Below are positions 8,500 through 16,280 of a DNA stretch of 40,225 nt, one piece after another; the stretch's first letter is position 1; each line of letters opens with the position of its first letter. Below the pieces are notes generated by a model. The model made no database searches. It was not told where the DNA came from and saw nothing but the letters and a program-made list of their open reading frames with translations. Source of the DNA: a virus (Duplodnaviria; Caudoviricetes). Location: positions 1-40,225 of the IMG/VR virus record IMGVR_UViG_3300031953_000050. One strand, written 5' to 3'. A program made the translations under genes and the position numbers.

Positions 8500-8823
8500 T
8501 TAACCTTTTGATACATCGTGCATTACATAGTTCATACCATGCTTCTCAGTTCTGACCAAATTTACTCCGTCGCGCTCAGCCAATACTTCTTGCCAGCCTG
8601 GAATAAATACATCTAGTTCATCAACTGAGAACCCGCCACGGCAATTACGGCCTTCTAGGTCGATCATAGCAGGCTGCTCTCCCCACTTCTTTGCATAAGC
8701 CTCATACGCCGCAAGGTGCATATCCCAAGGAAGCTCTATGCCTCCCATTCGCTGGACTGGCGCTCTCTTCTCTGTCTCGCTCATTCCTTTCTCTCCCCTC
8801 TTATGCCAGATGTCTTTGTCCAT
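8500..8823 (-). CDS. Hypothetical protein (107 aa; alternative start 8784)
   Basis: ORF track; co-oriented gene run. Confidence 0.65.
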   Translation of the reverse strand: MDKDIWHKRGEKGMSETEKRAPVQRMGGIELPWDMHLAAYEAYAKKWGEQPAMIDLEGRNCRGGFSVDELDVFIPGWQEVLAERDGVNLVRTEKHGMNYVMHDVSKG

Positions 8824-8854
8824 TCAACCACCCCCTTGATACATAACGTGTTGG

Positions 8855-9094
8855 TTATGTAATGTTATCACGTTTTGCCCGCTTATCAACCTTGCTGATA
8901 TCACCCTTGATTTGTAAGCGCTTTATCTCTTCCAGAGCCTCTTCGTAAGCCTCGTACTGAACAAACGGCCCGTAGTCCTGCACCTGCATTGAGACGACTG
9001 GCTTACCTCCCACCATATCGATCTTAGCGCCCCACCGTACAGATCGGGTATCTCCATCAACCCGCTTCACATATCCAGTGTATGGTTCGATCAT
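8855..9094 (-). CDS. Hypothetical protein (start MIEPYTG)
   Basis: AGAGGA RBS before the ATG at 9094. Confidence 0.6.
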   Translation of the reverse strand: MIEPYTGYVKRVDGDTRSVRWGAKIDMVGGKPVVSMQVQDYGPFVQYEAYEEALEEIKRLQIKGDISKVDKRAKRDNIT

Positions 9095-9098
9095 TCCT

Positions 9099-9371
9099 CT
9101 ATTCCTTGATGTTGGGTAGGTTATTTGGCTCAACCCAGACGAAATCTTTGTGAAGATCAATCCCCATCAGGGCCATAACCCTCTCTAGGCTCATGCAAAG
9201 TGAATTGCCATCTTCGTCTTCAAATAATACGTCCCTGGCAAAATTCAGGCAAGGCTCGCTCATGAAGCGTCCGCCCTTCTCATCTTGGTTGAGTGGCTTC
9301 CAATCTAGGATAACCCCTCCAGACCGGATCAATTCCCACTTCTCATGTTCATCCATCTTACTCTCCTTCAT
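9099..9371 (-). CDS. Hypothetical protein (85-90 aa)
   Basis: ORF track; AAGGAGAG RBS before the internal Met. Confidence 0.6.
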   Translation of the reverse strand: MKESKMDEHEKWELIRSGGVILDWKPLNQDEKGGRFMSEPCLNFARDVLFEDEDGNSLCMSLERVMALMGIDLHKDFVWVEPNNLPNIKE

Positions 9372-9390
9372 TGGTTATACCGTATCTCCG

Positions 9391-9483
9391 TTACGAATGG
9401 CGATTCGCTAGACGGCTTACTTCATCGCAACGAGCGAAATAGATCGCCTTAGCTAGTTCGATGGCTTCCTCTGGTTTGGTCAT
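9391..9483 (-). CDS. Small hypothetical protein (30 aa, MTKPEEAIELAKAIYFARCDEVSRLANRHS)
   Basis: ATGA overlap with the upstream gene, AAGGA RBS. Confidence 0.45.
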   Translation of the reverse strand: MTKPEEAIELAKAIYFARCDEVSRLANRHS

Positions 9484-9671
9484 TCCTTCACCTTATGGGC
9501 TTTGGATAGGGCGCGCCCGAGAATGCTCCATTCCTGGTATTCCCAGGCCTCCTCAATGATCCCGTTAAGGCGCTCAATCTCGTCCGCTGCCTCTCGCATG
9601 CCCTCGTCATGTTCCAGCTGTTCAGTCTCAGCAGCCATTACCCGCAGCCGCTCTACCAGTTCCTTGCTCAT
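9480..9671 (-). CDS. Hypothetical phage protein (MSKELVERLR...EAADEIERL type)
   Basis: Recognisable LVERLR/EAADEIERL small phage motif; AAGGAGAATGAGATG start. Confidence 0.7.
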   Translation of the reverse strand: MSKELVERLRVMAAETEQLEHDEGMREAADEIERLNGIIEEAWEYQEWSILGRALSKAHKVKE

Positions 9672-9672
9672 C

Positions 9673-9855
9673 TCATTCTCCTTGGTCATCTTTGCGTCCT
9701 TTGTGGTCTCCGTCCGCATCTAGATGATCTGGTGGCCATCCACGAAGTCCAATGTTTATAGCGCGGATGACGTGACTGACGGTGTAGTATGCTGCACAAA
9801 TCAGGATGAAGGCCAACCAAGGCAAGTCACGGCAGAAGTCGTAGAACTCACTCAT
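9673..9855 (-). CDS. Small membrane protein (60 aa)
   Basis: One hydrophobic helix; RBS AAGGATAGGG. Confidence 0.6.
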   Translation of the reverse strand: MSEFYDFCRDLPWLAFILICAAYYTVSHVIRAINIGLRGWPPDHLDADGDHKGRKDDQGE

Positions 9856-9860
9856 CTGCC

Positions 9861-10121
9861 CTATCCTTCTTGGGTGGGGAGTGGGCTAAGGACGGCTTCA
9901 AGATCGGCAGCGGGGAACCCTGCTGTCTCCAGACGCTCGCATGCTTCCCGCAGCGCCGCTTCTAGCCGGTCGTGGCGCTCAGTTTTCTCCATCACGTAGT
10001 TTATAGCGCCGCATAGGGCTAATGCCCATACTGTTAGGGTTATAGATAAGATTGGGCTTACGAATAATAGGCTTGGAATGCTCCAGGATATAACTACCAA
10101 CTCAGCTGGTGATATCCTCAT
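9861..10121 (-). CDS. Hypothetical protein with hydrophobic N-terminus (86 aa)
   Basis: ATGA overlap with the upstream gene. Confidence 0.5.
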   Translation of the reverse strand: MRISPAELVVISWSIPSLLFVSPILSITLTVWALALCGAINYVMEKTERHDRLEAALREACERLETAGFPAADLEAVLSPLPTQEG

Positions 10122-10345
10122 GGCCTAATCACCTGAACCGAGAAACCCATCCCCTCGTGGCTCTCAACCTGTACTACCCCATCACTATCTTGAATATGAA
10201 CCAGCCCCTCATCTAACTGAACGGCAGGCGTATCGGATGTGCACCCCCTAAGGTGAAACCAGTCATGAGTCCCATCTGAGCAGTATAAGTCGAACCTATC
10301 CACCCCAGTTACCAGGGACACGTTATGTTTGAACCTAACGATCAT
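10118..10345 (-). CDS. Hypothetical protein (start MIVRFKH)
   Basis: AGGAGGAAGGG RBS before the ATG at 10345. Confidence 0.6.
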   Translation of the reverse strand: MIVRFKHNVSLVTGVDRFDLYCSDGTHDWFHLRGCTSDTPAVQLDEGLVHIQDSDGVVQVESHEGMGFSVQVIRP

Positions 10346-10574
10346 TCCCTTCCTCCTTGCTGGCCTCAATGTGACCGAGCATTTCCCCGTTTCTGTCCTT
10401 CTCGATGCGCTTCCCATCCAGAGAAACCGTGTAACGGTCCCCGGCATAGTAACCGCCATACCACGCCATAATGGCAGGAACAGAAGCTAGAGAAACATGC
10501 ACTGCTGATACCTTCGGCGTTGCGTCGGAGTTTACGAACATCAACTCATGAAGGCTCATCGTCATCTCTCCCAT
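10335..10574 (-). CDS. Hypothetical protein (about 75-79 aa)
   Basis: ORF track; GGGAGAG RBS. Confidence 0.65.
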   Translation of the reverse strand: MGEMTMSLHELMFVNSDATPKVSAVHVSLASVPAIMAWYGGYYAGDRYTVSLDGKRIEKDRNGEMLGHIEASKEEGNDR

Positions 10575-10577
10575 TGT

Positions 10578-10763
10578 CTATACCTCTGCTTTGGATGGAA
10601 GTGTTTTTAGCGCTGGATGATCCCGGAAAGCCTTCCATCCAATGATTTCAGGGTGCGTCTTGATCAGGTGACGGAGCTGGCCTGCAACGCTTCGGCTATG
10701 CACCTCGGCGCACTCCGCAACCAGCGCGGCCAAATCGTCGTCAATGGATAGTGATGTGCGCAT
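10578..10763 (-). CDS. Ribbon-helix-helix (Arc/ParD-like) DNA-binding protein (61 aa)
   Basis: MRTSLSIDDDLAALV...SRSVAGQLRHLIK strand-helix-helix pattern; GAGGAG RBS. Confidence 0.75.
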   Translation of the reverse strand: MRTSLSIDDDLAALVAECAEVHSRSVAGQLRHLIKTHPEIIGWKAFRDHPALKTLPSKAEV

Positions 10764-10888
10764 TCGCTTGTAACTCCTCGTAAACTAAAAGCACCATAGC
10801 CCACAACAGAAGTCCGCACAAGGTGCAAATTGGTGTTGCGCAAACCTTTCTCATGTGGTCATATGTACCCATCAGAAGGAGAGATGAG
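10764..10888. promoter_or_regulatory. Divergent promoter region 1
   Basis: Intergenic between divergently transcribed gene runs; TTGCGC at 10836 and a GCAC-AAG-GTGC palindrome. Confidence 0.55.
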
Positions 10889-11059
10889 ATGAAAATTCAA
10901 ACCATGATTAAGCAGCTAGAGAAGCTGCGAGAGAGAGTGGCGAAGGATCGTGACGCTCTGCGAGAGTTCGAATCAGATGTTGAGAACCTGAGAGAGACAT
11001 GTGAGCGCGCATACGAAGACCTGTCATGCGCCATAGAGGCACTTTCCGAGCAAGCCTAA
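10889..11059 (+). CDS. Coiled-coil hypothetical protein (56 aa)
   Basis: AGAAGGAGAGATGAGATG start context. Confidence 0.7.
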   Translation: MKIQTMIKQLEKLRERVAKDRDALREFESDVENLRETCERAYEDLSCAIEALSEQA

Positions 11060-11076
11060 CAAGAAGGATAGATGAG

Positions 11077-11286
11077 ATGGAATATCGAGATGATGATTTT
11101 GGTGATGTTGGCTCAGTCACCTACCTGCTCTTGCAGAATATGCGCAAGGCTCGTGAGCGCAAGGAACACGTGAACCTGGATCGTGATTGGTCTCAGTGGA
11201 TGAAGGACCGACAGCCCGGTGGCCCTGAATACGAACGTACTCAGTCTATTGCATATGCTTATTGGAACCGTAAGGGAGAATTATGA
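11077..11286 (+). CDS. Hypothetical protein (69 aa)
   Basis: AGAAGGATAGATGAGATG start context. Confidence 0.65.
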   Translation: MEYRDDDFGDVGSVTYLLLQNMRKARERKEHVNLDRDWSQWMKDRQPGGPEYERTQSIAYAYWNRKGEL

Positions 11287-11510
11287 TGGAAAATGAATGG
11301 GTTGAACATGATGGGGCGACTATTCCATCTCAAGCTGAACTCGATGATATGGTTGAAGTTAGGTTCCGGGATGGTTGCACTGCAGGCGACGCTACACCGA
11401 TGACTGTCATGTGGTGGAAAACCGCGGCGGTGAACAACTGGTTTTGGGGAGATTCCGATGTCTTCCCCGAAGATCAGATAGTTGCGTATCGCGTGGTGAC
11501 GAACAAATGA
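11283..11510 (+). CDS. Conserved small phage protein (W.EHDG...VEVRFRDG...W....IVAYR)
   Basis: Recognisable phage motif; coupled overlap. Confidence 0.75.
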   Translation: MMENEWVEHDGATIPSQAELDDMVEVRFRDGCTAGDATPMTVMWWKTAAVNNWFWGDSDVFPEDQIVAYRVVTNK

Positions 11511-11605
11511 GCCGCATTGACTACTGGTGTCATCACCACCCTGTACGGGTATGTGTTATCTTCATTGCTGTGTGTCTTGTGCCAGCTTGGCTGATGGGAG
11601 TTTAA
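11507..11605 (+). CDS. Small membrane peptide (32 aa)
   Basis: ATGA overlap; hydrophobic C-terminal helix. Confidence 0.5.
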   Translation: MSRIDYWCHHHPVRVCVIFIAVCLVPAWLMGV

Positions 11606-11606
11606 G

Positions 11607-11936
11607 ATGGGCTTTGGATGGGCTAAAGTGGGCGTTCAATGTGTCTGCCGAGATTCATCTGGATCATGGGATGATGACGAGCGCCTAGTTAATGGGGAGA
11701 TATACACGATAGAATCCGTCTGGATCGATGATGATAACGAAATATGCTTCGATCTTATCGAAGTCTCTCGCTCCACTGAATCGGTAATGTATTGGATAAA
11801 TACAAGAATCGGTTATTCAGCAAAACGCTTCCGACCACTCGTATCCCTTGAGGACGATATCTCAATGTTTACCGCCCTTACGAATATGTCACCTATTGAA
11901 CGACTGGATGTAATGAAGGAGATGATGGACCAATGA
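11607..11936 (+). CDS. Hypothetical protein (109 aa)
   Basis: GGGAG RBS; KVG..CVC...GEIYTI...RFRPL pattern seen in phage proteins. Confidence 0.7.
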   Translation: MGFGWAKVGVQCVCRDSSGSWDDDERLVNGEIYTIESVWIDDDNEICFDLIEVSRSTESVMYWINTRIGYSAKRFRPLVSLEDDISMFTALTNMSPIERLDVMKEMMDQ

Positions 11937-12136
11937 GTGAATGGCAGGATATTGAGACAGCGCCCAAAGACGGAACGAACATTCTGGCGGTGTGGTCTAA
12001 AAAAAGAGAAGTATATGCGGTGATATGGTGGGAGAGCGGAAATTGGCATGAATACGATTATGATACTGATGTTGAGGGGATGACCCATTGGATGCCTCTA
12101 CCAGAACCCCCTCTTGCATCTTCCGAAACTGAGTAG
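11933..12136 (+). CDS. DUF551-type small phage protein (67 aa)
   Basis: WQDIETAPKDGT...THWMPLPEPP signature. Confidence 0.85.
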   Translation: MSEWQDIETAPKDGTNILAVWSKKREVYAVIWWESGNWHEYDYDTDVEGMTHWMPLPEPPLASSETE

Positions 12137-12142
12137 TAGCTT
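12114..12142 (+). promoter_or_regulatory. Sigma70-like promoter TTGCAT-N17-TAGCTT
   Basis: 17-nt spacing; the predicted +1 falls at or within a few nt of the start of the long RNA stem. Confidence 0.6.
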
Positions 12143-12144
12143 AT

Positions 12145-12378
12145 GGCTGTCTCTAGCGTTGTGGTCATCCTGAGAGCGCCCGATTGGTCCTCCTCCCAAG
12201 ATTGTCGCTCCTAAGTTTGTTCCTCCTCATCCGATCTTAGTTGGATGGCCACAACGCTAGAGATGGTCTTTAGCTTACATAGAAAAGGAGTTGATTCACG
12301 CCTTCTCCCTACTTTGTTTCAAAAGCCTGATCATACTTAACCCCACTCGCCATGATAGGTAAGTGGGGTTTTCTTTTT
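12145..12378 (+). ncRNA. Candidate structured sRNA with CCUCCUC(CC) anti-SD loops
   Basis: 26-bp stem 12145-12170/12243-12268 in which all four non-Watson-Crick pairs are G.U on + strand; two inner hairpins with CCTCCTCCC (12189-12197) and CCTCCTC (12222-12228); promoter upstream and terminator downstream. Confidence 0.7.
12339..12378 (+). terminator. Rho-independent terminator
   Basis: AACCCCACT...AGTGGGGTT stem followed by TTCTTTTT. Confidence 0.8.
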
Positions 12379-12393
12379 ACCTGGAGATTGAAA

Positions 12394-12747
12394 TTGGCAT
12401 ATTCAAAGTACCGAGCCGTCCCAACCGAGATTGATGGGGTTCGGTTCGCCAGCAAGAAAGAGGCTAAGCGCTACCAGGAGCTTCGTTTGCTAGAACGGGC
12501 TGGGCATGTGCGGGATTTGCAGTTACAGCCGTCATGGACGTTCTCTGTGGCCGGAAACGCGGTTCTAATTCGATCCGAGGGTTTTCCTAACGGTCGGAAG
12601 CTAAAATACCAAGCTGACTTCCAGTATTTCGACGTCAAAGCTGGGAAAGTTACCGTCGAAGACGTGAAGGGAATGCGCACCGATGTTTACAAGATCAAGC
12701 GCGCACTCATGGAAGCCTGTCATGGGATTATTGTTCGAGAGGTTTAG
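12394..12747 (+). CDS. DUF1064-family PD-(D/E)XK nuclease (likely TTG start)
   Basis: SKYRA...DGVRFASKKEAKRY.EL...L.LQP...YQADF.Y...VEDVKG..T.VYKIK; GGAG 7 nt before the TTG at 12394. Confidence 0.85.
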   Translation: MAYSKYRAVPTEIDGVRFASKKEAKRYQELRLLERAGHVRDLQLQPSWTFSVAGNAVLIRSEGFPNGRKLKYQADFQYFDVKAGKVTVEDVKGMRTDVYKIKRALMEACHGIIVREV

Positions 12748-12979
12748 GGTCTTCGTCTAGTTCCTGCCAGTGCGTCGGCCCGCCGTCCTCGGCATCCCCA
12801 TTCCAAGTCATGGAGCCATCAGGAGCAACCCACATCCCTGTGTTCTCAGGGAACAGCCCATTCTGCTGAATATGGCCCCATTGCATGTTGAACCATTCTT
12901 GCAACTTTCCGTCATCGAACCATGACAATCGGATTGCTCGACCGGTCTTCGGCGCGGTCTCAATCGGTTGCCAGCTCAT
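12728..12979 (-). CDS. DUF551-like small phage protein (83 aa)
   Basis: WQPIETAPK...PTHW signature. Confidence 0.8.
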   Translation of the reverse strand: MSWQPIETAPKTGRAIRLSWFDDGKLQEWFNMQWGHIQQNGLFPENTGMWVAPDGSMTWNGDAEDGGPTHWQELDEDPKPLEQ

Positions 12980-13125
12980 TCCATCTCTCTCTTGATAATC
13001 TCAAGACCCTGTTCGTTGATGAGGCCGCGATCCCGAAGAACGTCCAAAACGGCCATGACGCAATAATGGTACTTCATGCCGCTTTTCATGCTCTCCGATA
13101 TTCTGTCGTAAACTTCCTTGCTCAT
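12976..13125 (-). CDS. Small hypothetical protein (49 aa, MSKEVYDRISES...)
   Basis: ATGA overlaps at both ends, AAGGGAG RBS. Confidence 0.6.
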   Translation of the reverse strand: MSKEVYDRISESMKSGMKYHYCVMAVLDVLRDRGLINEQGLEIIKREME

Positions 13126-13388
13126 TCTAATTCTCCCTTGTTGATGTATTCTTCCATGGGGGTCATGCCGAGGGCCGAAAGGTAGACAGCTAGGACAGAC
13201 TGGCGCTCAGAACGTTCGTTAGGGTCCTGCTTACGAATGCGGATGATCTCACGCATGATCTTTGAATCAAATCCCGTACCCTTGGCCTCCGCATAGATGG
13301 CCTTAATGTCCTCTGCTAGAGCCGCCTTCTCGCTCTCCATACGCTCAATCCGCTCAATGAACGCCTTTAGCTGGTTGTTCTCTGTCAT
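13122..13388 (-). CDS. gapR: GapR-like nucleoid-associated protein (DUF2312, 88 aa)
   Basis: QLKAFIERIERMESEK..LAEDIKAIYAEAKG.GFD.KIMR.IIRIRK.D...R.E....L..YL.ALGM; GGAG RBS. Confidence 0.92.
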   Translation of the reverse strand: MTENNQLKAFIERIERMESEKAALAEDIKAIYAEAKGTGFDSKIMREIIRIRKQDPNERSERQSVLAVYLSALGMTPMEEYINKGELE

Positions 13389-13478
13389 CTGTATTCTCCG
13401 TTGTAGTGGGTGATGGGCTTGCCAGTCATTCACGGGAAGAATGACCAGAACTCATCGAATAGACCGATAACGTTGCTT

Positions 13479-14708
13479 TCATGCAGATTCCTCCACATCG
13501 GGGAAAATCCCCCATTCCTTGCGGCGCTTCACCATGAGCGCCTGATATTTGACGTATGCACTCGACTTAGTCGGGCTAAAACCCAAACCTTTGCACCAAT
13601 AATCATTGCGCAGAAACGTCTTACAAACCTTGCGCCAGCTTGGCACTTTTCCGGCGCTTTCCAACCTCAATTCGACGCTGTCGGGAATGCCGTCTGGATA
13701 TCCTCGCAGGCTCCACCACTTGAGAAACACTGCCAGCTTATTGCGGTAGTGCTCGGCAGTCGGCTTAGGCATCGTGCTCAACAGGTGTAGAGCGAAACTG
13801 TGATAGGTATGGCCTTCGGGAAGAGAGATATGATGGTTTCCCAAAACCGCGCCCTTCTCCTGGCTGTAGAGCGCTCCTGTATTGGCTCCGGCGACACGCA
13901 AAGAGACTTTAGCCCACATTGCAGGCTCAACTATCTGGTAAAGCCAAAGCCCCTTCCTTGCCTCGTCTCCGAATGGCTCACAAATGCGCATGGCGGGAGG
14001 CGTCATTCCAGCTTGGAACATGCGGTCATACAGCCGGTTATAGGGCAGATGTTCTTTGCCGAGATATGTCCAAATATCATAAACGTGCCAGTCATAAATC
14101 GGGTAAACATTCCATACCTGATCAATGCAATTCGTCGTCCACGGCTTTCCCTGATAGGTCGGCTTATTCTTGCGGGCGATGGTGCGGAAACGGTTCAGGC
14201 TTTCATCGCTTCGAATGCCCACAAAACAAGCCGTTAGCTTGTCCTGCGCATACCATTGACCGAATGCTGGGACAAATTCCTCGAAGCTCATTCCCTCATA
14301 GTAAAATGGGAAAAACTTAGGGTCGCTGATCATTTGCGGCTCTTTATCCCGCACCCACAAATCGCGCTTGTTTTCATCCCACGCCGTCCATTCCGGTTCA
14401 AACTGAGAACAGGCATTCCATGTCTTGATGGGCAACGAAACCCAATATGGCTCAATGTGGTCAGCATACTTGACATACATGTCGCGGACATAATCGACGG
14501 TTAGCGTTAGCTGGCATTCCCAATCAATGAACAGAAGCCCGATTTTGCGTTCCCGCTTAATAGCTTCGGCCATGACAAGGTGCAGCATAGCTGCGCTATC
14601 CTTGCCACCCGAAAAGCTGAGATAAACCTTTTCAAAGTTATCAAACGTCCACTCAATCCGCTGTTGAGCGGCTGTCCTTACGTCAATTCCCAAACCACGC
14701 TTAGGCAT
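13479..14708 (-). CDS. ibrA: PAPS-reductase-like PP-loop protein, IbrA/YbdN (DUF3440) family (409 aa)
   Basis: SFSGGKDS PP-loop, VGIRSDESLNRF, YPIYDW, MRICEPFGDE and C-terminal PSWRKVCK..L.NDYWC..LGF. Confidence 0.88.
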   Translation of the reverse strand: MPKRGLGIDVRTAAQQRIEWTFDNFEKVYLSFSGGKDSAAMLHLVMAEAIKRERKIGLLFIDWECQLTLTVDYVRDMYVKYADHIEPYWVSLPIKTWNACSQFEPEWTAWDENKRDLWVRDKEPQMISDPKFFPFYYEGMSFEEFVPAFGQWYAQDKLTACFVGIRSDESLNRFRTIARKNKPTYQGKPWTTNCIDQVWNVYPIYDWHVYDIWTYLGKEHLPYNRLYDRMFQAGMTPPAMRICEPFGDEARKGLWLYQIVEPAMWAKVSLRVAGANTGALYSQEKGAVLGNHHISLPEGHTYHSFALHLLSTMPKPTAEHYRNKLAVFLKWWSLRGYPDGIPDSVELRLESAGKVPSWRKVCKTFLRNDYWCKGLGFSPTKSSAYVKYQALMVKRRKEWGIFPDVEESA

Positions 14709-15081
14709 TCATTCCCCTCCAAATTTCTATAACATTGCTTGCTGCCAGATTGGCCGCATCTTGTTCGTCGGCATTCAACAAGCGCCAGCCTTGCCGCGTT
14801 AGGTGCTCGGGGCTTTCTAGCTCGATTGCGCAACCAGCATGGCCCATCCATGCCTGATAGTTCAAAGATGGCGTGGTAAGCGCTGCTGACGTAGAGTTCG
14901 GCCATTCCGCCAGAGACCGCATCATTGCACGTTCAAACTCGTCTGGATTGCGCATTATTGCAGCCGTGGCGTCGATATATCCTTGACGCCTATCGATGGG
15001 CACTTCACGCCACATGTTCCCCTGATATTCCTCCATCAAGCTCCAATGATGAAAGACCTGTTTCTTCCGGGGTGTCGTCAA
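14701..15081 (-). CDS. Uncharacterised protein between ibrB and ibrA (start uncertain: TTG 15081 or ATG 15036)
   Basis: W/H-rich motifs FHHW..MEEY, EWPNS..ALT, AWMGHAGC, PE.LTR.GW..L...Q..AN; overlaps both neighbours. Confidence 0.7.
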   Translation of the reverse strand: MTTPRKKQVFHHWSLMEEYQGNMWREVPIDRRQGYIDATAAIMRNPDEFERAMMRSLAEWPNSTSAALTTPSLNYQAWMGHAGCAIELESPEHLTRQGWRLLNADEQDAANLAASNVIEIWRGMNA

Positions 15082-15751
15082 GCCTATCGATTTCTGCGTC
15101 CGCAATTTCTGCCTCTTCGGTAAATTCTTCTGCTTCCCATGCTTCGCTGAACTCACGGCTGGCGAACATATCGGTTAGTCCGGTCACTTGCGTTAGACGC
15201 AACACTTCATCCGGCTCCATGCCCAATTCGGCGGCAATCTTTTCGTCACTCCAAAACCGGCGCTTAAGCTCCACGACGATATCTGACATGGCCTCAACCT
15301 TGTGCTTTCCCCGCGCCCGGTTGTGACGGATTGTTGCTGCCATGCGGTTGTCTTTTCCCTGCTGACTGTCCTTGATTTGAACGACTGGAAGATAGCCATG
15401 GACGCGGTCTGCAACATCCTGGCACTCCTTGGCAACACGCGTTCGGTGAAATCCGTCCACAACCTCTAGAACGTCATCCTCACTATTTGTGACAACCGGC
15501 TGTGTGTAGCCATCAGCCATTATCGAAACGCGCAATAGCTCCATTTCCTTCGGGGCCACGCTGTTAGGGTTGTAGTCATTAGCGCGGACCTGATCTGCTT
15601 TTACCCATCGTACAAAATCAACAGGTTCGCTTCGGAATGGGCTGACCTTGTGCAGCGCCTCCCGGATTAAGTTAATGGCTTCGATGCGCTCTTGTAGCGG
15701 CATAAGCTCAATGCCTTCGATATCCTCGATAATCTCTTCTATGTAGCTCAC
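15005..15751 (-). CDS. ibrB: ParB/Srx-like protein, IbrB/YbdM family (GTG start, 248 aa)
   Basis: SPFRSEPVDFVRWV, ANDYNPNSVAP.EM.LL..SI..DGYTQP, VVDGFHR, ATIRHNRARGKH, HTH; GGGGAG RBS before the GTG at 15751. Confidence 0.88.
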   Translation of the reverse strand: MSYIEEIIEDIEGIELMPLQERIEAINLIREALHKVSPFRSEPVDFVRWVKADQVRANDYNPNSVAPKEMELLRVSIMADGYTQPVVTNSEDDVLEVVDGFHRTRVAKECQDVADRVHGYLPVVQIKDSQQGKDNRMAATIRHNRARGKHKVEAMSDIVVELKRRFWSDEKIAAELGMEPDEVLRLTQVTGLTDMFASREFSEAWEAEEFTEEAEIADAEIDRLDDTPEETGLSSLELDGGISGEHVA

Positions 15752-16280
15752 GATGGTTCTCCCCGGACAATATCTATCAATTAAGACGTAGGGTGAGGAT
15801 AGTACCACAACCCATATTCTCTGTAGTCTCCAGTCGCTATGCAGCCCACTGCATTTTATCGTCACGGTCGATGCCAGATGCTCCTGGCGGCTCTAAGGGC
15901 AACCGACTGCCCGGATATTAGGCTCTAAAGCCTATCTCACCACTCACTGTCGTTTATCGCGTTCGTTGCCGACGCGCGGCTGTCTTGAGGCCGAATTCAT
16001 GGGCTGTAGGCACTACGTGGGGAATTAACCCCTACCAGCCGATTAAGTGTGGCTCAACGCCAAGGGTACACCGCTTCTCAGCTGGTGACTTAGGCGGATC
16101 GCAATTTGTGGAGTGGGACTTGAAACTAACCGCTAGGAGTGGTAGTTCTAATCTCACTGAACGCGTCTCGATCGCTTCAGTCAATGTTGAGGGATTTGCA
16201 CTCCGCTCAACACATTCATTCAGACCTCAAAAGCCGATTGAAGTCAAGGCCCCTCAGAGTAATCCGGGGGGCCTAATCGT
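15752..16280. other. ~530-bp hairpin-dense non-coding region with opposing promoter-like elements
   Basis: At least 8 inverted repeats; TTGAAA-N17-TAGTTC (+, 16120-16148); TTGACT (-, 16242-16247); hairpin 16247-16274. Confidence 0.6.

Noticed and set aside
12145-12268. Retron msr-msd (a1/a2 inverted repeats around hairpins)
   Set aside because: No reverse transcriptase ORF (no YADD-type protein) is recognisable in the genome, and the loops match anti-SD motifs instead.
12282-12362. 23-codon TTG ORF after AAAAGGAG inside the sRNA 3' part
   Set aside because: The SD abuts the TTG with no spacer and the ORF runs into the terminator stem, so translation is unlikely.
15005-15751. ParABS plasmid-prophage partition system
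   Set aside because: The ParB-like protein is of the IbrB type linked to a PAPS-reductase-like gene; no ParA or parS array was seen.
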